A DNA stretch of 64,000 nucleotides from Porphyridium purpureum (taxonomy: Eukaryota): assembly GCA_008690995.1 (NCBI GenBank), contig VRMN01000001.1:1984001-2048000 (forward strand), written 5' to 3'. Positions within the stretch are counted from its first letter, which is position 1; the number at the start of each line of letters is the position of its first letter. The position numbers and the translations under genes were made by a program. Below the pieces are notes generated by a model. The model did not search any database. It saw nothing but the letters and a program-made list of their open reading frames with translations, and was not told the origin of the DNA. Shown piece after piece: positions 1 through 11,362 of this stretch.

Positions 1-814
1 GTCAGAGAAAACCATGAAGGAGCTGGGTATTGCGGGTGGCCTTGAATATGATTTACCGGATAACGTACTCGAAGTCAATGACGGGAACTTTTTCCCGACA
101 TCGCTATTGCATGGGGCACTGGAAACAATTGCTACTTCGTCACTTTCAGAGAGGCTCGCGTGCTGGACTGCGGGAGGCTACAAATTCGCCGCACATGTCA
201 CGTCAGAAGAGGACACTTTTCGTGTCCAGCGGGACATTCTCGAAGCAGGTCGGGCCCAAGTCCCAGTACCGATGGATACCGCTCAGGAGAGGGAAGCACT
301 GAAGCTGATGACCCTAATTTCAGGTGCTGGGGCCGAAGGTTTGGTGTTGCCAGTTCAACATCGTGCGGTTCTAGTACATCTGGAAGCTAGGGGGCTCATA
401 GCGGTGGCTTCAAAGCCGAACCTGAAATGTTCATCGGTTGAGATAGAGCAGAACCTTTTTGTTATTGACTCTGAGCATGCGTCGCGTTTCTTTGTAAGTA
501 GGAGCTTTGGAGGTGTAGCTCCAACGTGGGTTTTGCCAGCGCCTTGGAGATTACCTTTCGACTCGATGGACAATTGCACCACTTTCAATAAGTATTTGAA
601 ACTTTTGGCCCTGCAGATGAAAGGAGTCAGGGTAAGGATATCTTGCGAGGAGCTTGGGAATTTTCTCGAGAGCCAATTCGCTCTCTCTCCGCGCATGTGT
701 GAGGAGTTGATTGGATATTTTGTCCAGAGTCAAAGAAAGGAGCATGGCGCGAGCGCAATAGAGCCTAAGTGCATGCTTGCCGGTGGGTTATGGCATTCGG
801 CATTTGTCACCTAG
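1..814 (+). CDS. C-terminal part of an unidentified protein; frame is open off the left edge of the window
   Basis: 266-aa ORF from 14. The same frame is open back to nt 2 (tca gag aaa acc ATG). It ends convergent with the next gene 14 bp away. No motif recognised. Confidence 0.55.
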   Translation, partial: SEKTMKELGIAGGLEYDLPDNVLEVNDGNFFPTSLLHGALETIATSSLSERLACWTAGGYKFAAHVTSEEDTFRVQRDILEAGRAQVPVPMDTAQEREALKLMTLISGAGAEGLVLPVQHRAVLVHLEARGLIAVASKPNLKCSSVEIEQNLFVIDSEHASRFFVSRSFGGVAPTWVLPAPWRLPFDSMDNCTTFNKYLKLLALQMKGVRVRISCEELGNFLESQFALSPRMCEELIGYFVQSQRKEHGASAIEPKCMLAGGLWHSAFVT

Positions 815-828
815 CACATGCAATCGAC

Positions 829-1713
829 CTACGTAGGAAAGAAGATAGACTTGGAGGCGTCTGCAAAGTCATGCAAACTCCATGCGCCATGAATCGCACC
901 ACCAGTCGGATCCTTGCCGGTACATACCCGGGAAGCCTGATGTGCGTCTCGTAGATGGGCCAACTCACACTGACAAAATTGGTCGCCAATAATCACACCT
1001 TTCACGCCCAATTGCTGAGCCGCTCTCACGTTTCGAACGCTGTCATCTAGAAAGAGGCACTGCGCAAAGGTACCAGCACGTGACAGAGCCAGCGCCCGCT
1101 GGAAGGCAATCGGCTCGGGCTTGTTCGCGAACTGCATGGCCTCGACGTCAATCACACCAGTGAATGTCGACTCTGCCAAATGTAATGCGCTCAGCACTGC
1201 GCGCACATGCGCTGCGTCTGCGTTCGTCAAAATCCACTTGTTCTTCAATGGGATGGCGGAGGAGACGACGTGCTCCAGCGCCGGATCCGGATGAATGAGT
1301 GAGGCATAAGGCAACGCAGCGTGAATCTCATCCCAGTACTTGTGTGCATCGACGTGATATTTTTCCTGTAAGCCGCGCAGCGTGGTTCCATACCGCAGAA
1401 AGAGCTCTTCACGCATCTTTTCGGCACGAAGGACGAGCTCCGGTGACACATTTCCACTGCCCGTCGTGTCCAGAATGTGACGAAGGATGTACTTGTCAAT
1501 ATTCACACGAACTTGCTCTGCCACTCCACACGAACGTGGGTACAACGTGTCATCCAAATCTAGCCACAAGGTGTCTAGCTCGTGACGCGTACCTGCGCAA
1601 AACACTCCTCTCTCTGATACCCAGTGAATGCCTTCGACTGCGGCGTCTTGAGTGCGCGCCTTCACCATCACCACATCCACACCGTTCGATTCGACAGCCT
1701 CTGGCGGATGCAT
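829..1713 (-). CDS. HAD-superfamily pyrimidine/pyridine 5'-nucleotidase (Sdt1/Ssm1-like)
   Basis: HAD motif I WLDLDDTLY, YGTTLRGL, motif II ILTNAD, NKPEP and motif IV FLDDSVRN. Confidence 0.88.
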   Translation of the reverse strand: MHPPEAVESNGVDVVMVKARTQDAAVEGIHWVSERGVFCAGTRHELDTLWLDLDDTLYPRSCGVAEQVRVNIDKYILRHILDTTGSGNVSPELVLRAEKMREELFLRYGTTLRGLQEKYHVDAHKYWDEIHAALPYASLIHPDPALEHVVSSAIPLKNKWILTNADAAHVRAVLSALHLAESTFTGVIDVEAMQFANKPEPIAFQRALALSRAGTFAQCLFLDDSVRNVRAAQQLGVKGVIIGDQFCQCELAHLRDAHQASRVCTGKDPTGGAIHGAWSLHDFADASKSIFFPT

Positions 1714-3087
1714 GGCGTTTCCGTTCCCTTTCTTCCTGCACTCAAGCGATATTCAGGACGACGCGTTTCAGACAGGGCCGGAGTCTGCAAAATGCGTGCG
1801 CACGTATCGGAGAATGCGAAAGGGACACGCGCAGCTGATTTACTTTCTCGTCCCGTTCAACCAAGACGTAAAGAGCTCATGTTTCAGAATTTTTCTTTAT
1901 CTTTTGGACTGCTGATTATGAGGACCAATCAAGCGCGGGCTCTCAGAAAGGGATTTGGGTAACCTGGCCTGTTTATTGGCGGCCGCGCCGCGGGCGATTC
2001 AATGCGGTCATTTTCATTTTCCTTCGCCGCTCGCGTTCGCTTTGCAGCCCACATGTTCCAAGCCCACTGCTTTTGCTCGGCACCTCACGGCGTGATCCAG
2101 TCGGCGGTCTACTCGTCAGCCTTGAGCACGAGGCCCGTATGGACGGGAGCGGCCTACTCTTTCATTGCCCATGCTTCTGTGTCCAGTCTCCGCAGTGGGC
2201 TGCTCCTTGCTTGTGTCTGTTGCTACACATCGGATTGTGAGCTCACACAACTGCCTCTCGTTTGCCACGGGCATCACATTGGTAACTGGAGCCTGATTGT
2301 CAGGCAGTGGATTCTTACGCCATCACCAGGTTCAAGCCTTTCAAGACTCGCCGACAGCAATGCGTGGACGCTCCACGCCGACCACATTTTGCGTGGTTGT
2401 GAATATCATCTGCGCGTGCTGTGCAGCACGAAGGTCGTGCAGCAATCAGCAAGCAGGCAGGCTGCGCGAGCGCCATTGCGGAATGCATACAGGACTCCTC
2501 GCATCATTCACGCTCTCTCTATAGATGCTCCCCAAAAAATGACAAGGAATCTCGTCCAGACTGAAGGAGACGGACGAAACGACCGACACTGTACGAAAGG
2601 TGCAGAGAAGTCTCGAAATAGGACAGGCTCCAATGGCGCGATGTATGCCGTGGAAATTCTTCACACGCATCTGCTTGTTCACATTCCCGGTTCCATGCCT
2701 AGACCATACTCTTGGATAAGGAGCCGCGCGAGAGAACTTTGTGCGACTGCTAGCACTGCCCCGACGAGCTTGCAGAAAGGAATGCGTTCTCACAGCTTAT
2801 GCCAAACTGCAGGTCTCCCATCGTGGTCGGAAGATTCTGAACGAGATGTTTGGAGCGCGGAATCCTTTCCCGGCACACACATTAGATCCGCTGCTCGTTT
2901 GAACAGACTTTGACCATGCTCTATCGCTTCAAAGGAACGAGTCGACAATTCCGTCTCAAATCGCGGTGCATCATACAAACGAGGACAAATGAGTGCAGCC
3001 GAGCTCGCCTATGTGCTTCCGTGAACCAACGCATTGGAAATTTGCTCACGCTGGCGCTCGAAAGCACAGATGGCTTCTCACCAGCAG

Positions 3088-4065
3088 TCATTGCTGTTTT
3101 AATATTTGTGATGCTGTTCGTGGAGGAGGCGCGCGCTCACCAGGAGCACTCTGTGTCTGCTGAGTGGGCGCCGGCGCGGAAAGCTTACTCGCATCCGAGC
3201 CTGCCCGCTCCCGCGCCTCGCGCTCGTACCTGCGCGCGGCGCGCTGCAGCTTGCGGAACCGGAATTTAACCTCCTGGTCATCAAATGCACCGCCGAGCTC
3301 GGACGCAATCATTCCCCACCAGCCGCCGTGGCGCTCCGCGAGCTCGAGGATGAGCGCATCTTGCTCTGGCGTGAATGTCCGCGGGGGCCGATTAGGTTTG
3401 CTTACATAGTAGACCCAGCGAGCTCGCAGCTGCTGACCAGTGCGGTACGGAATGTGTTCTTCCGCGAGCCGTTGCCAGGAAAGCCCCTGCGAGCTTTGCA
3501 CGATTTGTCTAAGCAGCTCGTCCTCGTCTGGCGTCCAAGGTCGCCGCCGCGGCGGTTTCGTGACGGGGCTACCGCTTAGAGCGTCTGGCTCTTCGCAGAC
3601 CATGCTTCTGCCTGCCCCAACGCTCGTTTTCGCAGGCGAGCTTGCGCATTGCTCATGGGCAGTGTAGTCCGACACGCCACTTGACGACTGTGACGTCAAC
3701 GGCGGCGCACTGTGCAAGTGCTTGCGTTGCGCGCTGTCCACAGAGGTTGCAGGCGGGAGCCATCGCGTCGGTTTACCTGCAGAATGTGGCGCCTGCGCTG
3801 GATAAGGCGTCGCGGGCGGCACCGGATTCAAAATGAACGCCAGCGACATCTTATCCAGCGAGGTGATTTGGTCGTCTTGCAGAGCGTTGAATTGCGACCC
3901 CTCACTGCTTCTCCTCTGCGCGGCCCAAGGCGCCGGCAGCTGGCTTGCAAACCCCTGCGGATTCCGCTGCATGTCTGATTCTGTCTGGTCGAGCAAGTGC
4001 CCTGCTCGAATCAACAGCGCCGATCGGGCGTGCCAGGCGACAGCGAACAGCGGCGCCAGAGCCAT
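3088..4065 (-). CDS. MYB/SANT transcription factor with two repeats (R2R3-like); start could be at 3972 or 3849
   Basis: RRPWTPDEDELL..SWQRLA..RTGQQLRARW followed by FTPEQDALIL..WGMIASEL. Confidence 0.88.
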   Translation of the reverse strand: MALAPLFAVAWHARSALLIRAGHLLDQTESDMQRNPQGFASQLPAPWAAQRRSSEGSQFNALQDDQITSLDKMSLAFILNPVPPATPYPAQAPHSAGKPTRWLPPATSVDSAQRKHLHSAPPLTSQSSSGVSDYTAHEQCASSPAKTSVGAGRSMVCEEPDALSGSPVTKPPRRRPWTPDEDELLRQIVQSSQGLSWQRLAEEHIPYRTGQQLRARWVYYVSKPNRPPRTFTPEQDALILELAERHGGWWGMIASELGGAFDDQEVKFRFRKLQRAARRYEREARERAGSDASKLSAPAPTQQTQSAPGERAPPPRTASQILKQQ

Positions 4066-5382
4066 AGACGCAGGCTAACACCTGCCACGTTGTTGCTACT
4101 GTCGGCCTCACAGCGTCGCTGCTCCAAACTCCAGTGCGCAGGAATCGCTTCCCGCGTCCGTTTCGGCGCAATGAGGTTGGAGCGTTCTGACTGACTCCGT
4201 GTTAGGCCCCGCTCCACCGCAGTTGCAGCGCGGTGCCTTTTACAGAAGCCATTGGTCTGCTCACGTTGCGTGCGCTGTCTGCCTGTCTATTTGGCGCGCC
4301 TGGCCAGAGCTTGCTTGCAGACGTCGCTCGGTAAGGGGCCAAAATAACATGTAAGGATCTCGTGCTTGATCACATGAAGTCACAGGAAGTCCAAAAATGA
4401 CCAACCGCGCAACCAAGACTTCGCTCACGTCTCCCGGCAAACCAAACAAAAAACAACAACACAACGAGCGCTTAACACGGTATCTGGCATGATACTGCAA
4501 TCAGCGAACGGAAATCATCGAAATCGCCTCGATGTGGTGCGATTTGCGATGATGTGAACCGCACCGATCGACCGCCCGCGGTTACGCCTTCATCGTGCTC
4601 GGTGGAAAGAGGACTCGCGCGGAGCTATTGGTAGGACGCGCCGAATATTAGAAAGGGGGAATAACGACGCCAAAGTGGCTCCTGAAGAGCCAGCTGGAAT
4701 CCGCTTTGGAAGGGAAAAAAAGAAGAAGAGCGTGCATCGATACTTGAGGGCGGAACGGGAACGTCTCGTCGTGCACACAAAACACACAGGCGCGTGAGTC
4801 GACCCACACTGCACCGTCTCGCGTGGCAAAGCGGTTGGTCGTGTGCCGATGGCCACTACCGAGCGTGTCTTTCGCGCGTCATCAAGCGTCCAATCGGTTT
4901 GCATGCTGGCGCGTCCTCCTCCGCCGAAAATGAAAAATCAAAAATCAAAAACCACCACAAAAGAGGGATAGATTTGTTTCGATGAAAATGGGGCGGAATG
5001 GGCATAGTGACGTGGCAACGTTGACCTTGACCCACATAATCTCGCAGCACATGCAAGCGAACGCACCAAAACTCACTAGAATAGCACATGTTGTGGTGGA
5101 TGAACGGCATCCGTTTTTTTCCATCGGAAGGGTGCACTGCTGAAATGATGACCCATCAGGTTGCACGGAACAAGGTGGATCAGGAAGGAGCGTGCACGCC
5201 GCTGGGGCATGCGACTCGCTCACCATGCCACGTCCACTCGGGCTGATTTCGCTTTGGGTCAGCGTTTGTCTTCCCCTGGTCACCATGCCTCCCGCTTCCT
5301 ACGACGTGCAACAACGTTCTTGTTTCTAAGCCTCTAGGTCGAGCGCCCGCACAATCTCGTCTTGGCCTCCACTTCCAACGTT

Positions 5383-6276
5383 TCATTGACCACGTGCACG
5401 CCACGCAGCAAAGTCCTTGGAAAGTCCGGCGAGCAAAGTTGATTTCGCGCGCTCCAACACAGTGCTACACACGCGGTTGCCCATCGCTTCGAATGCCGCG
5501 ACGGGAATCAGCGCCGCGGCGCCTCGCGGTCGCGGCAGCAGGATCTCAATTTCCACCGAGCCGTGGAGCATGTCGCCATGCGCGACGGCGACCCCGCGGG
5601 TACCTTGTTGACGGAGCCGCCGCTCGCGGCGGCGCTGCTGTTCGGTCGTCGCGGCTTGGTCGCGCTCGCGATCCTCAGCTCGCGTCGAATTGGGCGACTT
5701 GCGGTCTACGCGCAGCGTGCCCGTCACGCTGAGATCCACGTGCTTGAGCACGTCCGGACCCAGCACGCGCGCAAGCCCCTTGAGATCCCACGCGACTGTT
5801 TCAAACTGCAGTCCCTCGCTCGATTCCAGAACGCGAACACGCATGACGGTCTCTGGCTCGAGCCTGATACCCACAATCTCAAACGCGCCAACGCTAATGC
5901 GGTACAGCTTCCCGGCATCATCGCGGCTGTTTGGTCTGCTGGTCATACGCTTGTCGCCCCACTCCCTGTCGCTCCACGGCGCCTCGGCGCTCAAGGGTGA
6001 AATGCGATGGCGTTCAAAGCATGCAAGCAGCACATTCTGCGGCACTGTTTCAAAGTACTCTTGCCAAAGCGCAGCGTCACCGTCCCTCGCATCAGGATTC
6101 AGCACCTGCAACCGCTCGCGCATCTGCGTTTGCGCGCGAAATTGCACGCGCGTGTCGTGCGCCACTTGCATGTGCAGCTTCCCTGTGCGCGACGACAGAG
6201 GCCTACACATGCCCTCGCGTTCACGCGACCGCCATTTGCCTGGCGAACACAGCCATATGCCGAATGCTGCTGCCAT
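5383..6276 (-). CDS. Probable plastid-targeted DUF1997-like protein
   Basis: Transit-peptide-like N-terminus (MAAAF..). C-terminal pattern EAMGNRVCSTVLER..LLAGLSKDFAAW resembles cyanobacterial/algal DUF1997. Confidence 0.55.
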   Translation of the reverse strand: MAAAFGIWLCSPGKWRSREREGMCRPLSSRTGKLHMQVAHDTRVQFRAQTQMRERLQVLNPDARDGDAALWQEYFETVPQNVLLACFERHRISPLSAEAPWSDREWGDKRMTSRPNSRDDAGKLYRISVGAFEIVGIRLEPETVMRVRVLESSEGLQFETVAWDLKGLARVLGPDVLKHVDLSVTGTLRVDRKSPNSTRAEDRERDQAATTEQQRRRERRLRQQGTRGVAVAHGDMLHGSVEIEILLPRPRGAAALIPVAAFEAMGNRVCSTVLERAKSTLLAGLSKDFAAWRARGQ

Positions 6277-6639
6277 GCCACGACGGCTCGGCCAACCGTG
6301 CGACGCACGATTTTAACCGCCCCGCCCAAGCTCCCTGATCAACCTCTTATGTAAACTTACCTCCCCTCCCCCCTCCTGTTCCCGAATTTCCCCTCCTTCC
6401 AGTTGCTCCTCCGGGGGGTTTCAAAGGTACAGTTCCGCGAGAAAGCAGTTCGCCTTGTCTCCGCCGCGGGAGCTGTACACCCACTCTACCTGCTCATCAG
6501 AGTATCGAATCTGTAGAGGCCGTCATTTGTAGGATCAGTTGATTCAATGCTTGCGTGCATCCACCACATGTGACGGCCGGCTCTATTTCAACTGAAACAT
6601 GACCGAGCAATAGTTCGTGAACTTATAATAACTGAGATT

Positions 6640-7671
6640 ATGAGCACGTCTGCATTGGTGAGACGGCGCGACTACAGTGCATGCGTGATCGTGATTGACG
6701 AGTCAGAGTTTCATGTTGGCATATGCTGTAGCACAAGGATGAACAAGGCGATTGTCGAAGGAAAGTACTACGCCTCGCCGCCCACGAGCCGGGCGTCGAC
6801 GGCAAAGCACGAGCGCACCGACTCGAGCTTCTCGCTCGACTCGCTCGCAAGTCGAAAGGTGGTTGGAAATGTAGTGCTCTCGCCGCGATCCGCCGCGTCG
6901 AGTTCCTTGGAACATCTGAGCCGCGAATCGTCTTCGAGCTCCAACACATCAAGTTCGTTCCTTCGCTCAAGTTCCGGCCGCGCCACGACATACATTAGTC
7001 AGAAGCTGGCGGGGACCAAGACGACACCCGTGGGGATGTTGGCCTCGACACCGCAAAAGGAGCCGCGAAAAACGGGCAACAAGGCGCCATTGTCAGATAT
7101 CGCGATGCGCGACGTACTGACAAGGAAGTGGAACGCTCAACTCAAAGAGAACAAGATGCGAGGTGATCAAGTGCGCCTGACGATCAAGGATACGGAGAAC
7201 CGCACGCTCGAGTTCCGTCCGATGCATTCGGATGGTAATTGCGGATTCAACGCGATTGCAGCAGCCATGACGCGGCACGGTCGGCCAATAGACGCGCTGG
7301 GCGTCCGAACAGCGCTTCAACGGGAGCTGCAGACTAACCGCCTGTTCTACCGTCAGGAGGCGCGGATAAACGAGGCGTTCCGCTACCAGAGAGCAAGTGT
7401 TTCGACTGGTAAACTCATAACGCTTGTGGGGCAGAATGGACCCAACGGGTTCTGGCTCGGCTCGGCGTGGGGACCCATGGAGGTGCTTGCGATCGCCAAA
7501 GCGCTAGGTGTGACAATTGAGCTGATGTCGTTTGACAGAAACGGCACTCAAGTGCGATCGTACGCGAAATACACGTACGGTGACGCGTGGATTGGGTTGC
7601 TTTTCACTGGCAAGCACGATCACGGGCATTTTGACATGCTCTGGCTCGATGTAGAGGCCGACCGACTTTGA
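6640..7671 (+). CDS. OTU-family cysteine protease / deubiquitinase with a Ser-rich disordered N-terminus
   Basis: Catalytic loop SDGNCGFNAIA, WG..EVLAIA and C-terminal GHFD. Confidence 0.8.
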   Translation: MSTSALVRRRDYSACVIVIDESEFHVGICCSTRMNKAIVEGKYYASPPTSRASTAKHERTDSSFSLDSLASRKVVGNVVLSPRSAASSSLEHLSRESSSSSNTSSSFLRSSSGRATTYISQKLAGTKTTPVGMLASTPQKEPRKTGNKAPLSDIAMRDVLTRKWNAQLKENKMRGDQVRLTIKDTENRTLEFRPMHSDGNCGFNAIAAAMTRHGRPIDALGVRTALQRELQTNRLFYRQEARINEAFRYQRASVSTGKLITLVGQNGPNGFWLGSAWGPMEVLAIAKALGVTIELMSFDRNGTQVRSYAKYTYGDAWIGLLFTGKHDHGHFDMLWLDVEADRL

Positions 7672-7989
7672 CTGCCAACTGAGATAATGTAATTTATGAG
7701 CTTGATGTAAAAAAATTAAAAGAAAACAAATACGGACGAAATCACGTTGCCAATCGGTCAAGGCGAAGGAATGGTACAGCTGCATGAACGCCACTATGTA
7801 ATTTGAATGCGCCCAATGCGATGTCGCACAGTGCCACGGCTTCGAAGTTATGCTACCTCACACTTGGCGCGGCTGCAGACCTTTCAGAGCGGCCGCAGGG
7901 TCAAGTCCGTTCAGTTGAAATAACATAATTGGAATCTCGTGCTTGGACGAAAACAGGGCGTGCATAAATAAGTGCGAGTCTCGTACGGG

Positions 7990-8532
7990 TTACCACTTAA
8001 TACGGCGCGCCTTGTTTTTCGGATGGCGCGAGCTCTTCCGAATCACGCTTGGGTGCACACCGACTAGTTTTTCACGTTTTTTCCGGTACTCCTTTTTTGT
8101 GCCCTTCTTTGAGGATTTCCACACACCTTCTACTTCCATCAGAACATCCTCATCGCCGTCGTCTCCCACGGCCATCGCCACATCCTTCACCCTCTTCTCC
8201 TTGCGTGTGGCCATGCTTGCCTGCTCGAGCGCAGCGACAGCCATCTCCTCCAGGTGCGCGTCATCCACCCCCGCGCGCGGGCCATGTACGCGGTTCAGTG
8301 CTGGACGCGCGTGGTTTGGCACGTAATTTGTGCGCGGCACAAACCCGCCATGCTTGTAGACGGCCGCCTGGGCATTACTCGGCAGCTCAGCGTCCACGTC
8401 CTGCGCAAACCCGGCAATCGCGTGCTGCTTACGCGCAAGCTTGTCCAACCGTTCGTCCTCCTTGCGCTCAATCACCTTTCGTTTGAGCCCGCGGTACGTC
8501 CGCTTCACCTTACTCCTCAGACTCTTCGCCAT
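7990..8532 (-). CDS. LLP homolog / LAPS18-like basic nucleolar protein
   Basis: N-terminus MAKSLRSKVKR..R.LKR, Lys-rich tail ending in KW; ATG at 8532. Confidence 0.7.
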   Translation of the reverse strand: MAKSLRSKVKRTYRGLKRKVIERKEDERLDKLARKQHAIAGFAQDVDAELPSNAQAAVYKHGGFVPRTNYVPNHARPALNRVHGPRAGVDDAHLEEMAVAALEQASMATRKEKRVKDVAMAVGDDGDEDVLMEVEGVWKSSKKGTKKEYRKKREKLVGVHPSVIRKSSRHPKNKARRIKW

Positions 8533-8855
8533 CCTGCCCCACAACACGCACGAACGCTCCCACCTGTTTCGACTCTGTCGTCAGCCACCAGACGCCACCG
8601 CACGCGACCGCCACTCACACTCGCACGCCACACCGGCCGCCAGCGCGAATGTTGCGGGTGTACATTGTTTACTGTACCTTTACGCGGATGCTGATTCTGC
8701 GTAATGCACATTATAATGTAATGCTGAATTCCACCGCTGGCTTCAAAAGCGGTCGCTTGCGGAGCCGGGATGCGGAACGTGGGTCGCGTGGGTGTGGGTG
8801 TGCATGTGAGAAGGCAGCAGAGACGCGCGGCGTGTTTGTTGTGCATGCGGTGGAC

Positions 8856-9548
8856 ATGGAGCGGAAGGGCGCGCGCGATGAGTTTGTACTGGCTGCAAAT
8901 GCGGTTACGCAGCTGTACCGCGCGGGGGAGCGCATGTGCGAGGAAGCGCGTGGCGCGGGAGAGCGCGACGCGTACATGAGCGTGCTGGACTGGCTTGAAG
9001 GTGGTAGCAAGAGGCAACGACATGACCTCGGTGAAAGCCTAAATAGAGACCGAGCAGAATTTGTCGTAGATGGAGACGCGCTGGCTGCGTTCCTGCGCTC
9101 GCGGCTTGCTCACACTGGCGGTGAGGTGTCGCGAGGTGATTCGTGGGACATCTGTGAACGCCGCACGGAACGAATGCCGACCTTGCATGCACAGCTCTGT
9201 CCTCCAGCATGCGAGAAGGAGAGCGTTCACCGTGCGGCATCTGTGCCGGTAGTATCGCGTCCAAGAAAGAATGGGAAGGGGAACACCGCCCATCACCCGC
9301 GCACTGACTCTGCGAATCGTGCCTTGTCCGGGCCACATCATTCAGACGTTGAAGGACTTGACATTTGCATAACTTGCGGTCAGCAGAAAGCAGGGCCTGA
9401 GAATGAGCACATGCGCAAACGAGCGCGTTTCTCTGACTTCGTGGCCGACGATGACCATGCCAACCGAAGGCATGCTCCCGAGAGCGATGACGAGAATGCT
9501 TGGGCGCATCCCTTCGTGCTGAAAGTGAACAACATCTCGCTCAGATAA
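8856..9548 (+). CDS. HAPSTR1/C16orf72 (DUF4588)-like protein
   Basis: EFVLAANAVTQLYR..GERDAY..VLDW resembles the conserved F..AA.AV.QLY motif; C-terminal NLS-like RKRARF. Start chosen at ATG 8856. Confidence 0.5.
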   Translation: MERKGARDEFVLAANAVTQLYRAGERMCEEARGAGERDAYMSVLDWLEGGSKRQRHDLGESLNRDRAEFVVDGDALAAFLRSRLAHTGGEVSRGDSWDICERRTERMPTLHAQLCPPACEKESVHRAASVPVVSRPRKNGKGNTAHHPRTDSANRALSGPHHSDVEGLDICITCGQQKAGPENEHMRKRARFSDFVADDDHANRRHAPESDDENAWAHPFVLKVNNISLR

Positions 9549-9835
9549 GCCGCCCAGGACGCATGTACGCAGCTAGTATCAGGTTTATAGCGTTCGACGG
9601 CACCGTGTCTGCATGTGCTGCCTGGCAGAGGTGGAAGGGCACGAGGCGAACGTCTGCCGAATCTCCATATACCTTTGCCGGGTTGGTCAATGCCTCTAAC
9701 ACGGAAGGAGTCTTGCAAACCTTGCACTCCAGTGACGGCATTCAAGCGTTCTCGGAGTCTCGGCAAAAGAAGCCACGTCGCTCATTAAAGAAAGAAATTT
9801 ATTTGCAGCTAGTAAATGCGTCGCTACAGCTCGGC

Positions 9836-11362
9836 TTAGAGGGAAAACATGCTTTCTAGGCTCCTCAGCAGGTTCGCACGTTCCTCAACATCCTGGGTGC
9901 CTCTTAGTTGAGCCATGGGCCCATGAATCATCTTCGAAACAATACCTCGGGTAAGCTTCTCTACCGCGGCGCGCTCGGCGTCTGTGAGCGCGCTCAGCTT
10001 GCCACTCATTTTGTCAAGCTCTTCCTGGCGAATCGTTTCGGCGCGCTCCTGCAGCTTGGTGATGGTGGGTACACTTCCAAGCGAATGGTGCCAGTTGTTA
10101 AAATCGGCGCGCTCCTGTTCGAGCAGCTTCTCGGCCTCCAAAAGTAAACGACGACGGCGCGACTGGTTTCGTGCAACTACCGCCTTGAGATCATCCACGT
10201 TGTACGCATTCACGCCATCAATGTTCCCAACGTCTTCAGCCACGTTGCGCGGCACCGAAATGTCGATAAGCATGGCGCGATTCCCGTCCAGGACGGGGCG
10301 CAAGTTGTCCTCAAACAAAATCGGCTCCTCAGCACCTGTTGACGCAAAGGTGATGTCCGCTTTGCTCACGGCGTCCAGCATACTTTCCATACCCAGCAGC
10401 TCAAGCTCAAAGTCTGGGAACATCTTTTGCAGCTCGTCCATTCGTTCCCTCGAGCGATTTACGACGGCGATGTGCTGAACGTTGCGTGACGTCAGGTGCT
10501 GCACGAGCAAGCGCGACATTTTTCCGGCCCCCAGAATGCAAATGCGGCAGTCCTGGATCATCTTCAGAACATCTCCGTCGCACTTGAGCTCCGCAAGCTC
10601 CACGGCCGCCGAAGAAATCGACACCGCGCCCTTGGCAATCTGCGTCTCACTGCGGACACGCTTTCCTGCAGACACCGCAATGTTCAACAGTTTGTTCAAA
10701 ACCTTGCCGGCACCACCTTTCTTCTCAGTTGCGATTTGGTAGCACTTCTTGACCTGAGCCAGAATCTGGCCTTCGCCAATCACGAGCGAGTCAAGACCCG
10801 CAGATACGCGCAGCAGGTGCCAAATGGCTTCCTCGGCTGAAAGCATAAACAGATACTCTCTGAGCTCCCGCACTGGCACTCCGCTTCTCTTTGACAGGAA
10901 CTTGCACACGTGCAGAATCGCGGCAGGCGCCATGTCACCTTCGGCGACCAGATAGACCTCGAAGCGATTGCAGGTCGAGAGCACTGCGGCCTCCTTCACG
11001 AACGGAAGCGTGCACATCTCGGCGCCGACCTCCAACCATTCTGCCTCCGGGATACTCAGCTTCTCTCGCACGCTCACGGTCGCGGTATGGTGGCTCAACC
11101 CGACCGCGACCACGCACCCGGTTGTGGCGGCCGACGACTGGCTTACCTTCACCTTCTCGACCGTCACCTTCACACCGTTCGCCGCGGCCGCAGACGCGTC
11201 CGGCTTCTCCTGCTCGACCTTCTGCATGCACATGCGCGCTCTGGACGCCGAGCTGGCCACTGCGCGCTGACCGGCCACCCCGTGCCGCTGCGACGCCGCC
11301 ACCGCCGCGGCCTGCACGCGCGCGTGCACCGCGTGACCCGCCCCGCTCACAAACGCACTCAT
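9836..11362 (-). CDS. hemA: Glutamyl-tRNA reductase, plastid-targeted
   Basis: VGLSHHTA, LSTCNRFE, GLDSLVIGEGQILAQVK, GAGKM and DISVPRNV; transit peptide MSAFV.. at ATG 11362. Confidence 0.97.
   Translation of the reverse strand: MSAFVSGAGHAVHARVQAAAVAASQRHGVAGQRAVASSASRARMCMQKVEQEKPDASAAAANGVKVTVEKVKVSQSSAATTGCVVAVGLSHHTATVSVREKLSIPEAEWLEVGAEMCTLPFVKEAAVLSTCNRFEVYLVAEGDMAPAAILHVCKFLSKRSGVPVRELREYLFMLSAEEAIWHLLRVSAGLDSLVIGEGQILAQVKKCYQIATEKKGGAGKVLNKLLNIAVSAGKRVRSETQIAKGAVSISSAAVELAELKCDGDVLKMIQDCRICILGAGKMSRLLVQHLTSRNVQHIAVVNRSRERMDELQKMFPDFELELLGMESMLDAVSKADITFASTGAEEPILFEDNLRPVLDGNRAMLIDISVPRNVAEDVGNIDGVNAYNVDDLKAVVARNQSRRRRLLLEAEKLLEQERADFNNWHHSLGSVPTITKLQERAETIRQEELDKMSGKLSALTDAERAAVEKLTRGIVSKMIHGPMAQLRGTQDVEERANLLRSLESMFSL

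Noticed and set aside
2002..2913. 303-aa plus-strand ORF
   Set aside because: No recognisable motif and a composition (Ser/Arg/His/Cys-rich) typical of chance ORFs in GC-rich DNA. It cannot be excluded but is unsupported.
5051..5143. Short frame reading RIAHVVVDERH, reminiscent of helicase motif II
   Set aside because: About 30 codons long, with no other helicase motifs nearby; likely coincidence.
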